Shown: positions 10,215-19,326 of the stretch, in pieces
Layout: each line of letters opens with the position of its first letter
How positions within the stretch are numbered: position 1 is the stretch's first letter
Assembly: GCA_018725125.1 (NCBI GenBank)
Contig: QLTW01000003.1
Span: 1 to 35,134 of the forward strand
Length of the DNA: 35,134 bases
DNA from: Candidatus Psychracetigena formicireducens
GTDB taxonomy: Bacteria; Coprothermobacterota; HKB111
Reading direction: 5' to 3'
Program-made: the position numbers and the translations under genes
Notes under the pieces: generated by a model
What the model saw: only the letters and a program-made list of their open reading frames with translations
Database searches by the model: none
Told to the model about the DNA's origin: nothing

Positions 10215-11197
10215 GACTTACAACCTCCCTTTTCTGAAACATTAACCTCATAAACCTCAAATCCGCTCCTTCTTATGGCAACACTACCACACTGTGAGCA
10301 TAAACTGTTTTCTTCCAAACTTTCCCAGGTATTCCCTATATAAATAAATTCTATTCCACACTCCTTACCAATTTCTCTGGCTTTGATTAGCGATGGTAAA
10401 GGGGTTGGAGGAAGATAAGAAAAATCAAGATAGGGAAAAAACCTGGTAATATGCCAGGGGGTTTTCTCTCCCAGTTTTTCGCTTATAAAAGTAGCGATTG
10501 ACCTAATTTCATCCTCAGTATCATTGATGGTGGTAATAATGTTGGTAACAATTTCTACATGGGTCCCGGATTCTCTTGCTTGCAAAGCGGAGGCCATCGG
10601 TATTTTGACATCAGATATTCCTGTTATTATTTTAAAACTGTTCTGAGTAAAAGCTTTGATATCAACCCTGTAAACATCCAGGTATTTGAGTAATTCGCTT
10701 AAAGGCTTTTCCCTGATAAATCCATTGGTAACCATAACCGTGTATAAATTATTCTCCTTAGCAATTTTTGCGCTTTCTATCACATATTCAAACCAGATGG
10801 AGGGCTCGTTATAGGTCCAGCTTACTCCTTTAGAGTTTGTTTTTAAGGCTGTATTTATCAACTGGTGAGGAGTAATATCCCTTAAACTTTCATTTTGACT
10901 TGACGAACGAGATAACTCCCAATTCTGACAGTGGCGACACTTTAAATTACATCCCACCGTCCCTGCAGAAAGAACTGAACTTCCGGGTTTATAATGATAA
11001 ACAGGCTTTTTTTCAATTGGGTCAACTGCTAAGGAAGCAACCTGGTTATAAATCAAAGTATAAAGGACGCCGTTAATATTTTCCCTTACACCACACTTAC
11101 CTATTTTTCCTTCGGATAGCAGGCAAAGGTTGGGACAGAGAAGGCAACGAACTTTATTATCTATTAAAGGTTCAAAATAAGATGCTTTTCTCAACAA
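10184..11197 (-). CDS. amrS: AmmeMemoRadiSam system radical SAM enzyme
   Basis: CLLCPNLC...GKCGVR, DPIEKKP, CNLKCRHCQNW, WTYNEP, WHITRFFP. Confidence 0.93.
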   Translation of the reverse strand: MLRKASYFEPLIDNKVRCLLCPNLCLLSEGKIGKCGVRENINGVLYTLIYNQVASLAVDPIEKKPVYHYKPGSSVLSAGTVGCNLKCRHCQNWELSRSSSQNESLRDITPHQLINTALKTNSKGVSWTYNEPSIWFEYVIESAKIAKENNLYTVMVTNGFIREKPLSELLKYLDVYRVDIKAFTQNSFKIITGISDVKIPMASALQARESGTHVEIVTNIITTINDTEDEIRSIATFISEKLGEKTPWHITRFFPYLDFSYLPPTPLPSLIKAREIGKECGIEFIYIGNTWESLEENSLCSQCGSVAIRRSGFEVYEVNVSEKGGCKSCGEYLNIYP

Positions 11198-11209
11198 ATT
11201 AAATTCCTT

Positions 11210-11352
11210 TTATTTATTGGTACTTTTGAACTTTAAAAAATTAATCTCATCAATGCCAGTTTTTAATCGGATAAAGTTTAATTGTTGTTCCACAGAATTT
11301 ATACCTTCCATACCTACCAGGTAAAAACACCTCTTCTGAAGCCTTTTTTCAC
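11210..11352 (-). pseudogene. amrA: frameshifted C-terminal remnant of AMMECR1-domain protein AmrA
   Basis: Three frames give VKKGFRRGVF / FLPG / MEGINSVEQQLNFIRLKTGIDE..., resembling the AMMECR1 C-terminal pattern (RRGxxLPxxEGxxxVEEQxxxxxxKAGI, recalled); lies between amrB and amrS. Confidence 0.7.
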
Positions 11353-11354
11353 TT

Positions 11355-12143
11355 TTACTCTATACCTCCCACCAGATAACCTACACCAAAAGGACCTTCA
11401 TAAGAATACAGCTTTGTCTGAAAGTTTGAATCAGAGAATGCCCCAATTAAAGTCATTAAAGGTCTATAGCCACATTCCCCCGCTCCCTCTAATAACTCCC
11501 AGTCCATATTTTTTACCCTAAAAACATCGCCGGTTTCAAAGAAATTAGCTACCATGCTATCAAATAATTTTCCCTGGGGGTTATATCCAGCAGGTGCGTT
11601 TAAGGTTAAACGATGCGATAAATCACCACTGGCAACTATCAGTAGATTTCTATTCAATTCTCGTGCAGTTTCGCTGATAATTTTTCCAAAGTCAATATGA
11701 TAATCCGCTCCCTCCCAGGCTATACTGGTGATAACCAGCTTCCCCTTGATCCCTTTTTTATGTAAAAAATATAAGGGTAACATGGTGCCATGGTCCAGGG
11801 AAGTTTTATATAAGGGATTGAATTTAACCCTATTTTCCTTAGAGATTAGGCGTGAAATAAATTCTTCGTCACATTCAGCAGAAAGAGTTATCTCAGGAAA
11901 ACCAAAATTGAAAAAATTCCCTTTAACCTCTCTGGAAGTTAGAACCGATATGGCATTTCTGGAAACTGGGGTGTGGGGGCTAATAATAACGATAGTATCA
12001 ATGCTAATCTCTTCCAGAGATTTAAGGGCTTTTTCCATGCCTTTTAAGGTTTTATTAACTTCCAGTAGCCTTTTAGCACCGATTTCTTTTATTAATAATG
12101 GAGGGTGGGGAAAAAGAAAACCTTTTTTAACCGGCATGCACAT
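11355..12143 (-). CDS. amrB: AmmeMemoRadiSam system protein B (MEMO/LigB-like)
   Basis: PHPPLLI, ISPH, LDHG, ASGDLSHRL, GECG, YEGPFGVGY; start may be 12137. Confidence 0.88.
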   Translation of the reverse strand: MCMPVKKGFLFPHPPLLIKEIGAKRLLEVNKTLKGMEKALKSLEEISIDTIVIISPHTPVSRNAISVLTSREVKGNFFNFGFPEITLSAECDEEFISRLISKENRVKFNPLYKTSLDHGTMLPLYFLHKKGIKGKLVITSIAWEGADYHIDFGKIISETARELNRNLLIVASGDLSHRLTLNAPAGYNPQGKLFDSMVANFFETGDVFRVKNMDWELLEGAGECGYRPLMTLIGAFSDSNFQTKLYSYEGPFGVGYLVGGIE

Positions 12144-12954
12144 GCACCGTGGTATAGTTAACTATGCATTTAGTAGGACATTTTTCTACACAAACACCGC
12201 AGTTATTACACAAAGTATAGTCAATCACAGCCAGATTTCCTAAGGATGGTTCAAGATGGATTGCCCCTTGAGGACAGTTCTTAACACAAATGCCACATTT
12301 AATGCAACCTACCTGACAGGCTTTTCTGACTTCAGGACCTTTCTGAGGCGAAACACAGGAAATGATAACTGGATTATCTCGAGGAAAAATATCAATAATT
12401 TTTCTGGGACAGGCTTTAACACATAAACCACAAGCAGTACACTTACTTTCATCAACTAGGGGTAAATTATCAAGGGACATCCTTAGAGCGTCAAAAGGAC
12501 ATACTTTTACGCAATCTGCTAACCCTAAACAACCGTAAAAACATTGCTTAAAACCACCAGAAATCTGAGAAGCGGCATTACAGGTATTAATTCCATAATA
12601 TTCAGCCCTACGAGAGGCTCGAGCTTCGTCTCCCTGACATATGATACAGGCAATACCAGGTTTTACCTGTGAAACCTCAATTCCTAATAAATTTCCAATT
12701 TCAGCAACTACTTTGTTTCCTCCCACAGTACATTTTTCTGGCACTAATTCACCTCGTAAGATGGCTTCAGCTAATTGCCTGCAGCCGGGATAACCGCAAG
12801 CTCCACAATTTGCCCCGGGTAATAGATTTTGAATCAGCTCTAAACGAGGATCTTCTTCAACTTTAAATTTCTGGGAAAATAAGGCTAACCCCAATCCAAA
12901 AACCAGTCCTAAACCACCGGTAATTATTAAACTATGAATAATAAATTCAATCAC
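12127..12954 (-). CDS. rnfB: Rnf complex subunit B (polyferredoxin)
   Basis: TM + LPGANCGACGYPGC and several CxxCxxCxxxCP motifs. Confidence 0.95.
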   Translation of the reverse strand: MIEFIIHSLIITGGLGLVFGLGLALFSQKFKVEEDPRLELIQNLLPGANCGACGYPGCRQLAEAILRGELVPEKCTVGGNKVVAEIGNLLGIEVSQVKPGIACIICQGDEARASRRAEYYGINTCNAASQISGGFKQCFYGCLGLADCVKVCPFDALRMSLDNLPLVDESKCTACGLCVKACPRKIIDIFPRDNPVIISCVSPQKGPEVRKACQVGCIKCGICVKNCPQGAIHLEPSLGNLAVIDYTLCNNCGVCVEKCPTKCIVNYTTVHVHAG

Positions 12955-12966
12955 AATTATACCTCC

Positions 12967-13542
12967 CTACTTAGCCATACCGACAAATCCCATAAAGGCT
13001 ACTGAGAGAATAGCAGTTACTATAAATACTATGGGATAACCTTCCAGAAATTTTGGTACATTGCTGTGCTTTATCCTCAGCCGTAGGTTGGCTAACAGAA
13101 GCATAGCCAGAGTGTAACCCCAGGCAACTCCGACAGAATTAACAATTGACTCTATCAAGGTATATCCCTCTCTTTGATTTATAAAAGTAAGTGCCAGAAT
13201 AGCACAGTTAGTAGTTATCAAAGGTAGGTATATCCCCATAACATGATATAGGGAAGGAATGCTTTTCCTGAGATAAATCTCTACCAATTGAACCAGAGAA
13301 GCAATAACCAGGATAAAGATAAGTGTACTTAAAAAAGTTAACTCCAGTGGTTGTAAAATAAAAACATTCAGAAACCAGGTTACTACTCCGGCTAATACCA
13401 TTACAAAAGTTACTGCCCACCCCATACCCAGAGCAGGTCCGGGTTCAGTAGTCATTCCTACATAAGAACAAAGTGCTAGGAATCTCATAAGAACAATATT
13501 ATTAACAAGTAAAGCGGCAATGAAAAGATTAAGAAGATCCAT
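12967..13542 (-). CDS. rnfA: Rnf complex subunit A
   Basis: NNIVLMRFLALC, VIASLVQLVE, LPLITTNC. Confidence 0.95.
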   Translation of the reverse strand: MDLLNLFIAALLVNNIVLMRFLALCSYVGMTTEPGPALGMGWAVTFVMVLAGVVTWFLNVFILQPLELTFLSTLIFILVIASLVQLVEIYLRKSIPSLYHVMGIYLPLITTNCAILALTFINQREGYTLIESIVNSVGVAWGYTLAMLLLANLRLRIKHSNVPKFLEGYPIVFIVTAILSVAFMGFVGMAK

Positions 13543-14152
13543 GTTTATGTCCTCCGTTACTTTTCAGTTTAAACAGGTTATTGAATATGGCGATCATAAT
13601 GCCGATAGCAAAAAATGCACCTGGAGGAAGAATCATTATCAACGCAGGTTCAAAACCATCAAAAGGTAGAGAAACCCCCAAAATAGTTCCCTTGCCGAGA
13701 AGTTCTCTCGCGCCTGAAAGTAGTATTAGGATCAAGATAAAACCAATTCCCATCCCCAGTCCGTCAGCAATTGACCTTATCAGGGTATTTCTGGAGGCAA
13801 AAGCTTCTGCTCTACCCATAATAATGCAGTTAACTACAATAAGAGGAATGAAAATACCAAGAGCTTTATGCAGGCCGGGAAAATAAGCTGCCATAGATAA
13901 GTCAGTAATAATCACAAAGGTAGCTATAACAATGATAAATATGGGTATCCTGATTTCCTTAGGGACAATATTCCTGATAAGCGCGATGGTGAGGTTTGAA
14001 CCCAGAAGAACAAAGGTGGTAGCAAAACCCATACCAATCCCGTTCATGACAGTTGTGGATACTGCCAGAACCGGGCATAAGCCTATCATCAGTTTTAAAA
14101 CAGCGTTTTCCGTGATAATGCCATTCATAAAATCTTTCCAGAGTTGTTTCAT
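13529..14152 (-). CDS. rnfE: Rnf complex subunit E
   Basis: GLCPVLAV, IPLIVVNC, LPPGAF; ATG 14152 overlaps the rnfG stop (TAATG). Confidence 0.95.
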   Translation of the reverse strand: MKQLWKDFMNGIITENAVLKLMIGLCPVLAVSTTVMNGIGMGFATTFVLLGSNLTIALIRNIVPKEIRIPIFIIVIATFVIITDLSMAAYFPGLHKALGIFIPLIVVNCIIMGRAEAFASRNTLIRSIADGLGMGIGFILILILLSGARELLGKGTILGVSLPFDGFEPALIMILPPGAFFAIGIMIAIFNNLFKLKSNGGHKHGSS

Positions 14153-14718
14153 TATCTCCAAGCCTCCCTATTTCTTAATACATAATCTGCTACTTTCCTT
14201 ACCAGTTTAGCCACTGCTTCTGAAGATTGAGTTGCTCCTGTTATAGCAGTTAAATCTTCATTAATGGTCAAGGGATCGTTTATATTTTTACTTAGGAACA
14301 TACCGATAAATGGTGCTTCAGCAATTTTAGAGCCCAGACCTGGAGTTTCCCTATGCTCTATTATCTCAATCCCGGTTATTTTATTATCAATGGAAATTCC
14401 TATCAATATTACTATAGGGCCTCCATAACCTTCTTCTGTAACCCCTTTAATTGCTACTCCAACCGGGTTTTCCTCTGAGCCAAAACCAAGATATATATTG
14501 GTGATGGTCATTGCCGAATCATCAAGAGGTTTAAGCTCCGAGTTATTCAATTCTTGAAAACTAATAGTCGAAGGTAATACCTCTAATATCGCCAGCTTTA
14601 GCTCTGCAACTCTTCGTTGTTCAATAATAGGTTTGGTTTGAAAATAAACAAAAGCTAATCCCCCTGCTGATATTGCTCCTACCAGCATCAGTATAAAACC
14701 TAGTCGTAGAACATTCAT
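14152..14718 (-). CDS. rnfG: Rnf complex subunit G
   Basis: GYGGPI, ETPGLG and FMN-attachment motif ITGATQSS. Confidence 0.95.
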   Translation of the reverse strand: MNVLRLGFILMLVGAISAGGLAFVYFQTKPIIEQRRVAELKLAILEVLPSTISFQELNNSELKPLDDSAMTITNIYLGFGSEENPVGVAIKGVTEEGYGGPIVILIGISIDNKITGIEIIEHRETPGLGSKIAEAPFIGMFLSKNINDPLTINEDLTAITGATQSSEAVAKLVRKVADYVLRNREAWR

Positions 14719-15650
14719 TTACGCACCATCCCATATTTTCTGGGAAAGGTTGCCTGTTCCAACATAGGTGTAAAGGCATTCATAATTAGGATGGCAAAAG
14801 TAACCCCTTCGGGATAACCACCAAAAACCCTGATAGTGATAGTTAATAGACCACAACCTATGCCAAATAAAAGCTTTCCCCAGGGTGTAATGGGGCTGGT
14901 AACATAATCTGTTGCCATGAAAAATGCCCCCATAAGAATCCCCCCTGCCAGGAGTTCAAAGACTGGATCTCTACCCAGGGTCAGGCTCAAAATAGCTGCT
15001 GATCCCAGGTAAGCAGCAGGTATCTGCCATTCAATAGTTCTTGATAATAATAAGAATATACCTCCTATTATCAGGGCAATGGCTGAGGTTTCACCTAAAG
15101 AACCGGCAATATTACCTAATAATAAATCCTGATAAGAAGGCAATGGTAGATTATCTCTGAAAAAAGCCAGAGGAGTAGCTGTGGTTATCCCTGAAAAAGG
15201 TTGAACAAAAGTTGTCAGGTGGGTAGGCCAGGAAATTAATAAAACTGCCCTTCCAACCAGCGCTGGATTAAAAGGATTATGCCCAAGACCTCCAAAAAAT
15301 TCTTTCGCTACAATAATAGCAATAGCGCTACCCACAATGGGAATCCACCAAGGAGAGGTCGGGGGTAAAGTTAAAGCAAGTAATAATCCGGTAACCACAC
15401 TGCTGGAATAGGTTCCGGTGATAGGTTTTCGTTTAAACAGCCTCAATATGATAAATTCAAATAAAACCGCCGAAGCAACTGATAAACCCACAACTTTTAA
15501 AAAACTAATCCATCCAAAAAAGTAAAAAGCTGCTATAGAAGCCGGTATCAGGGATAGTATAACTCTATTCATTATTTTATCGCTGTTGATATTGGCATGA
15601 AAATGGGGAGAAGGTGAAATTATAACTTTACTTAGATTCAATTCTGCCAA
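14715..15650 (-). CDS. rnfD: Rnf complex subunit D
   Basis: SPH, GGLGHNPFNPA, TTATPL flavinylation site, GSLGETS, FMATD. Confidence 0.95.
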   Translation of the reverse strand: MAELNLSKVIISPSPHFHANINSDKIMNRVILSLIPASIAAFYFFGWISFLKVVGLSVASAVLFEFIILRLFKRKPITGTYSSSVVTGLLLALTLPPTSPWWIPIVGSAIAIIVAKEFFGGLGHNPFNPALVGRAVLLISWPTHLTTFVQPFSGITTATPLAFFRDNLPLPSYQDLLLGNIAGSLGETSAIALIIGGIFLLLSRTIEWQIPAAYLGSAAILSLTLGRDPVFELLAGGILMGAFFMATDYVTSPITPWGKLLFGIGCGLLTITIRVFGGYPEGVTFAILIMNAFTPMLEQATFPRKYGMVRK

Positions 15651-15663
15651 CTTATCCTACCTC

Positions 15664-16965
15664 CTATGACTTTGAACTCGTCATTTTTATTTTAAACAGT
15701 TCGGTTTTGGCAACTTTAACATAGTGAACAAGGGGAATATTAGCTGGACAGACATAAGAGCACTTACCACACTCAAAACAGTCAGAAGCTCCATAAAATT
15801 CTGCCATTGAATAGTCGCCTAACTTAGTATTGGAAGCGATATAGGCTGGCATCAACCTCAGAGGGCAATTTAGAACGCACCTGCCGCACCTTATACAATC
15901 TGCAGCTTCTTGAAACCTGGTTTTCTTTAGAAACAACAAACCAGATGTTCCCTTTATTATAGGTACTTCAAGAGTAGCTTGAGAAAAACCAGTCATAGGT
16001 CCACCCATAATAAGCCTGGAGTAACTATCAGAGAACTCAACTAAATTATTTATAACATCTTTGACCATTACCCCTAAGTGAACTTTAACATTGATAGCTT
16101 CATTTACAGCATCCCCAGAAATAGTAATTACCTTCTCAGTAAATACTTTACCTTCAAAAACAGCCTCTGTTAGGCTAATAGCAGTTGATACATTGCTAAC
16201 CACTACACCCACATCCAGAGGAAGTCCTCCCCGGGGTACTTCTTTTCCAATAATAGTCTTAATCATTACTTTTTCAGCTCCCTGTGGGTATTTACTCGGT
16301 AAAACAAAAACTCTAATATCTGAGGTTTGTCTGACCATTTCTATTAGTAGGTTAATAGCATCCTTTTTATTATCTTCAATAGCAATTAACCCCTTTTTGG
16401 CTCCTACTGCTAACATGATAAGTTTTAAGCCCGAAATTAATTTTTCTGGATTTTCCAGCATCTGCCTGTGGTCTACAGTTAGAAATGGTTCGCATTCTGC
16501 TCCATTGATAATGGCATATTCAATCGGTTTAGTTGGGTTTAACTTTACATGAGTTGGAAAGGCTGCGCCACCTTGTCCAACCAACCCAGCTTCTCTTGCT
16601 CTTAATCTGACTTCATCTGGGGTAATAGGATAATTTAATGGACTTAGCAATATCTCATCAGTATTACCATTTGCTTCTATAGTAATTGACGCCATCTCTC
16701 GACCAAGCATCGGGTGAAACCAGGGAGAAATTGATTTTACAATTCCACTTATAGATGAATGAATGGGAGCAAAAATATAACTTGGAGAATCTCCAATAAC
16801 CTGCCCTTTTATTACAGTATCCCCTGCTTTTACAGTCGGTTGAGCTTGTGCTCCAGTATGTTGTTGCATCAACATTACAACTCTTTTGGGAATTGGAAGA
16901 TTAATTATCGGTTTTTTACTGGAATATTTGAACTCAGGTGGATAAAACTCATGTTCAAGAATCAT
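15664..16965 (-). CDS. rnfC: Rnf complex subunit C
   Basis: GQGGAAFPTHVK, INGAECEP, YPQGAEK, two 4Fe-4S motifs; SD AAGGAG lies inside the PHP gene. Confidence 0.96.
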   Translation of the reverse strand: MILEHEFYPPEFKYSSKKPIINLPIPKRVVMLMQQHTGAQAQPTVKAGDTVIKGQVIGDSPSYIFAPIHSSISGIVKSISPWFHPMLGREMASITIEANGNTDEILLSPLNYPITPDEVRLRAREAGLVGQGGAAFPTHVKLNPTKPIEYAIINGAECEPFLTVDHRQMLENPEKLISGLKLIMLAVGAKKGLIAIEDNKKDAINLLIEMVRQTSDIRVFVLPSKYPQGAEKVMIKTIIGKEVPRGGLPLDVGVVVSNVSTAISLTEAVFEGKVFTEKVITISGDAVNEAINVKVHLGVMVKDVINNLVEFSDSYSRLIMGGPMTGFSQATLEVPIIKGTSGLLFLKKTRFQEAADCIRCGRCVLNCPLRLMPAYIASNTKLGDYSMAEFYGASDCFECGKCSYVCPANIPLVHYVKVAKTELFKIKMTSSKS

Positions 16966-17701
16966 CTTTTCTCCTTAACCATCTGCCTTCTATGTTTCTT
17001 AAGGCTAATTTTAACTCTTCCCAGGTAGGTTCGTTAACCCAAGCCTGAGTGACAAATCTACCTATAGTTGGAAGGTCATGAGCATCAGAACCATAAATAA
17101 TCCCGACATTTTTAGGAATTATCGGTTTACAATTTGTATAATTGTCTATTTCTACCCCATCAATATCTATATCAGGGGGTATAAAACCTAATTGAGAATA
17201 AATACTAAAAGCTGGACGGTTAATATGAGCCAGAATTACCAGGACTTCATAGGTTCTGGCCAGCTTAATGACAGTATCAAGCGGTAAATCAACGGAAAAT
17301 AATAGTAATTGCTTTTCAACTTTAATCACCATATCATTATCATTGACCAGGCATTGAGGTTTTATAGCAGTTACATCATCCATAATTGAGGGTGATTTTT
17401 TAAGAATTTCAACTTCAAACCTTAGTGCTTGTTGGTAAGAACGAAAATATAACAACAGGTGAACTTCTTCTTTGGTTTGCACTTCCATTGCCGGGATAAG
17501 CTTTACACCACTTATTTTACCCCGCTTACAGAAACCCGGATAATTACGAACTGAATGGTGGTCAGTTATGCCAATTAAATCTAAACCTTTCTTTTTGGCT
17601 TCCGCTAAAACTTTTTTGGGGCTCATATCCCAGGTAGAACAAGGGGATAAGACAGAGTGTATGTGCAAATCAAAGTTATACCACTGCAAATATAGTATCA
17701 C
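16955..17701 (-). CDS. PHP-domain phosphoesterase
   Basis: DLHIHS, ITDHHS, AHINR, SDAH metal-binding motifs. Confidence 0.9.
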   Translation of the reverse strand: MILYLQWYNFDLHIHSVLSPCSTWDMSPKKVLAEAKKKGLDLIGITDHHSVRNYPGFCKRGKISGVKLIPAMEVQTKEEVHLLLYFRSYQQALRFEVEILKKSPSIMDDVTAIKPQCLVNDNDMVIKVEKQLLLFSVDLPLDTVIKLARTYEVLVILAHINRPAFSIYSQLGFIPPDIDIDGVEIDNYTNCKPIIPKNVGIIYGSDAHDLPTIGRFVTQAWVNEPTWEELKLALRNIEGRWLRRKDDS

Positions 17702-18030
17702 CTTATCCCGGACAAATATAAACTTCCGGAAAGTTCATAAGAAGGTAATGAACTTTTTAGAATTGTTATCCCTTCTTCCTGGGCTTTGTCAATCACCTCC
17801 TCATTAACCTCCAGATTAGAGGTTACTATGACTGCCGCTACCTTACAAAGCGAGGCAACAGCAACTACATTCATATGTGTTTGAATGGTTAACCACAAAT
17901 CACCTTCTTTAGCATTCCCCATCACATAACTGAGTAAGTCTGAAACAATACCGCTCCTTACTTCTACTTCCAGGTTACCTTCGCTTATTACCTGTAAATT
18001 CAAACTATCAATAACTTCTCTTAGTAACAA
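17698..18030 (-). CDS. DRTGG-domain protein
   Basis: SDLLSYVM, LWLTIQTHMNVVAVA; SD AAGGAGGT before TTG. Confidence 0.85.
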   Translation of the reverse strand: MLLREVIDSLNLQVISEGNLEVEVRSGIVSDLLSYVMGNAKEGDLWLTIQTHMNVVAVASLCKVAAVIVTSNLEVNEEVIDKAQEEGITILKSSLPSYELSGSLYLSGIR

Positions 18031-18045
18031 ATAACTATACCTCCT

Positions 18046-19326
18046 TTATTTAAATCTCTGGGGTGATGGACCAAGGCGAGATAAATCCGCAACCTCTTCA
18101 GCTAATTTTTTTAGTTTATCTTTTAAAACGAAAATGCAATCTGTTATATAAGACCATCCCAATACCACATCTTCAGCAAAAGCTCTGCAGGTAGGGGCTC
18201 CGCAAGCACCACAATCTATACCCGGAAGCGTATCCAGGATATGTTCTAATTGCTCAAATTTCCGAAGCGATACTTCCATTTCTTCATCCAACTTTAACAC
18301 CGGTCATTCAGTAATCTGTTTTTTTAGGTCAAATAAACCAATGTTAAAATCATTAATCAACTCTTCTCGCCTCTCATCAGAAACCAAGGTTTTTGGTGAT
18401 TTCCTCGCCCTTCTAAAATACTGCATCAATACCACCGGAGACAGAGCATTAAGAATCCCACCTGCACAACCATAATCACAAGCCCAGAGCTCTATAATAT
18501 CTGGAGAGAGATTATGTTTTATCTCTTCTTCATGAAGGGCATCTTTTATCCGATTTATACTGCATAAAGACAATATGTCTTTCTCGGGTATAGCTTCTGA
18601 AAACCACTCACCGCAGCAAGCTATAATTCCTTCACTTAAATCTCCAGAGGGTGTTTTTTCAAAATACCGACGAGCCAGGTGATAAAAATGATTCATAGGT
18701 ATAGCATAATCTAATCGAGATGAGTCTATACCCAGTGGAAATTTAATAGAAGTGATCTGTGCTGGACAGGTAGTAGGCAGGGCTACCTTTATTTTGTTAT
18801 CTTTTTTCTTAAACAGTCCAGCACTAATCTCCCAAGGAGAGTCAAACATAGCAACATTGCTCAATAAGTTGGGAAAACTTACAGTTAGCAATCTTAAGAC
18901 ACTTGGGCATACAGGGGGTATAAACCCCTTTTTCTTACCTGCTTTATCCATATGCAAATGTAATAACTTTGGATAAGATTCAAAAATTAAACTCATATCA
19001 TAAGCTGCTTTAAACCCCAGGGATTTAATAAACTTGTTTACTGTAGCAAAAGCTGGAGGAGTATCAAAATGTAAATAAAAAACCGGAGGTATTAACACCA
19101 CAACATTATCTCTTTCAGGAATACTGGAAATATGGTCAAAAATCACACCTCGGGCTTTATAAGGACAAACCCGTATACACTCTCCACAATCTATACACCT
19201 TATTGGTAATATACGAGCTTTCCCATCTACCACTCTGATTGCTTCAGTGGGACAGTTGCGAACACAATGGGTGCACCCTTTACATAGGTCGTCTTCAATA
19301 GTAATTGAATGCATGTAACCCTTCAC
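18046..19326 (-). pseudogene. [FeFe]-hydrogenase-like Fe-S sensor protein interrupted by one in-frame TGA (18304-18306)
   Basis: 2x CxxCxxCxxxCP, degenerate H-cluster motifs, then ...QITE*PVLKLD...LPGIDCGACGAPTC in the same frame; the 84-aa downstream ORF has no clear SD; 426 aa if read through. Confidence 0.75.

Noticed and set aside
18304-18306. Genome-wide TGA reassignment (code 4 or 25)
   Set aside because: TGA terminates thyX, rho, mrdA and others at the expected positions
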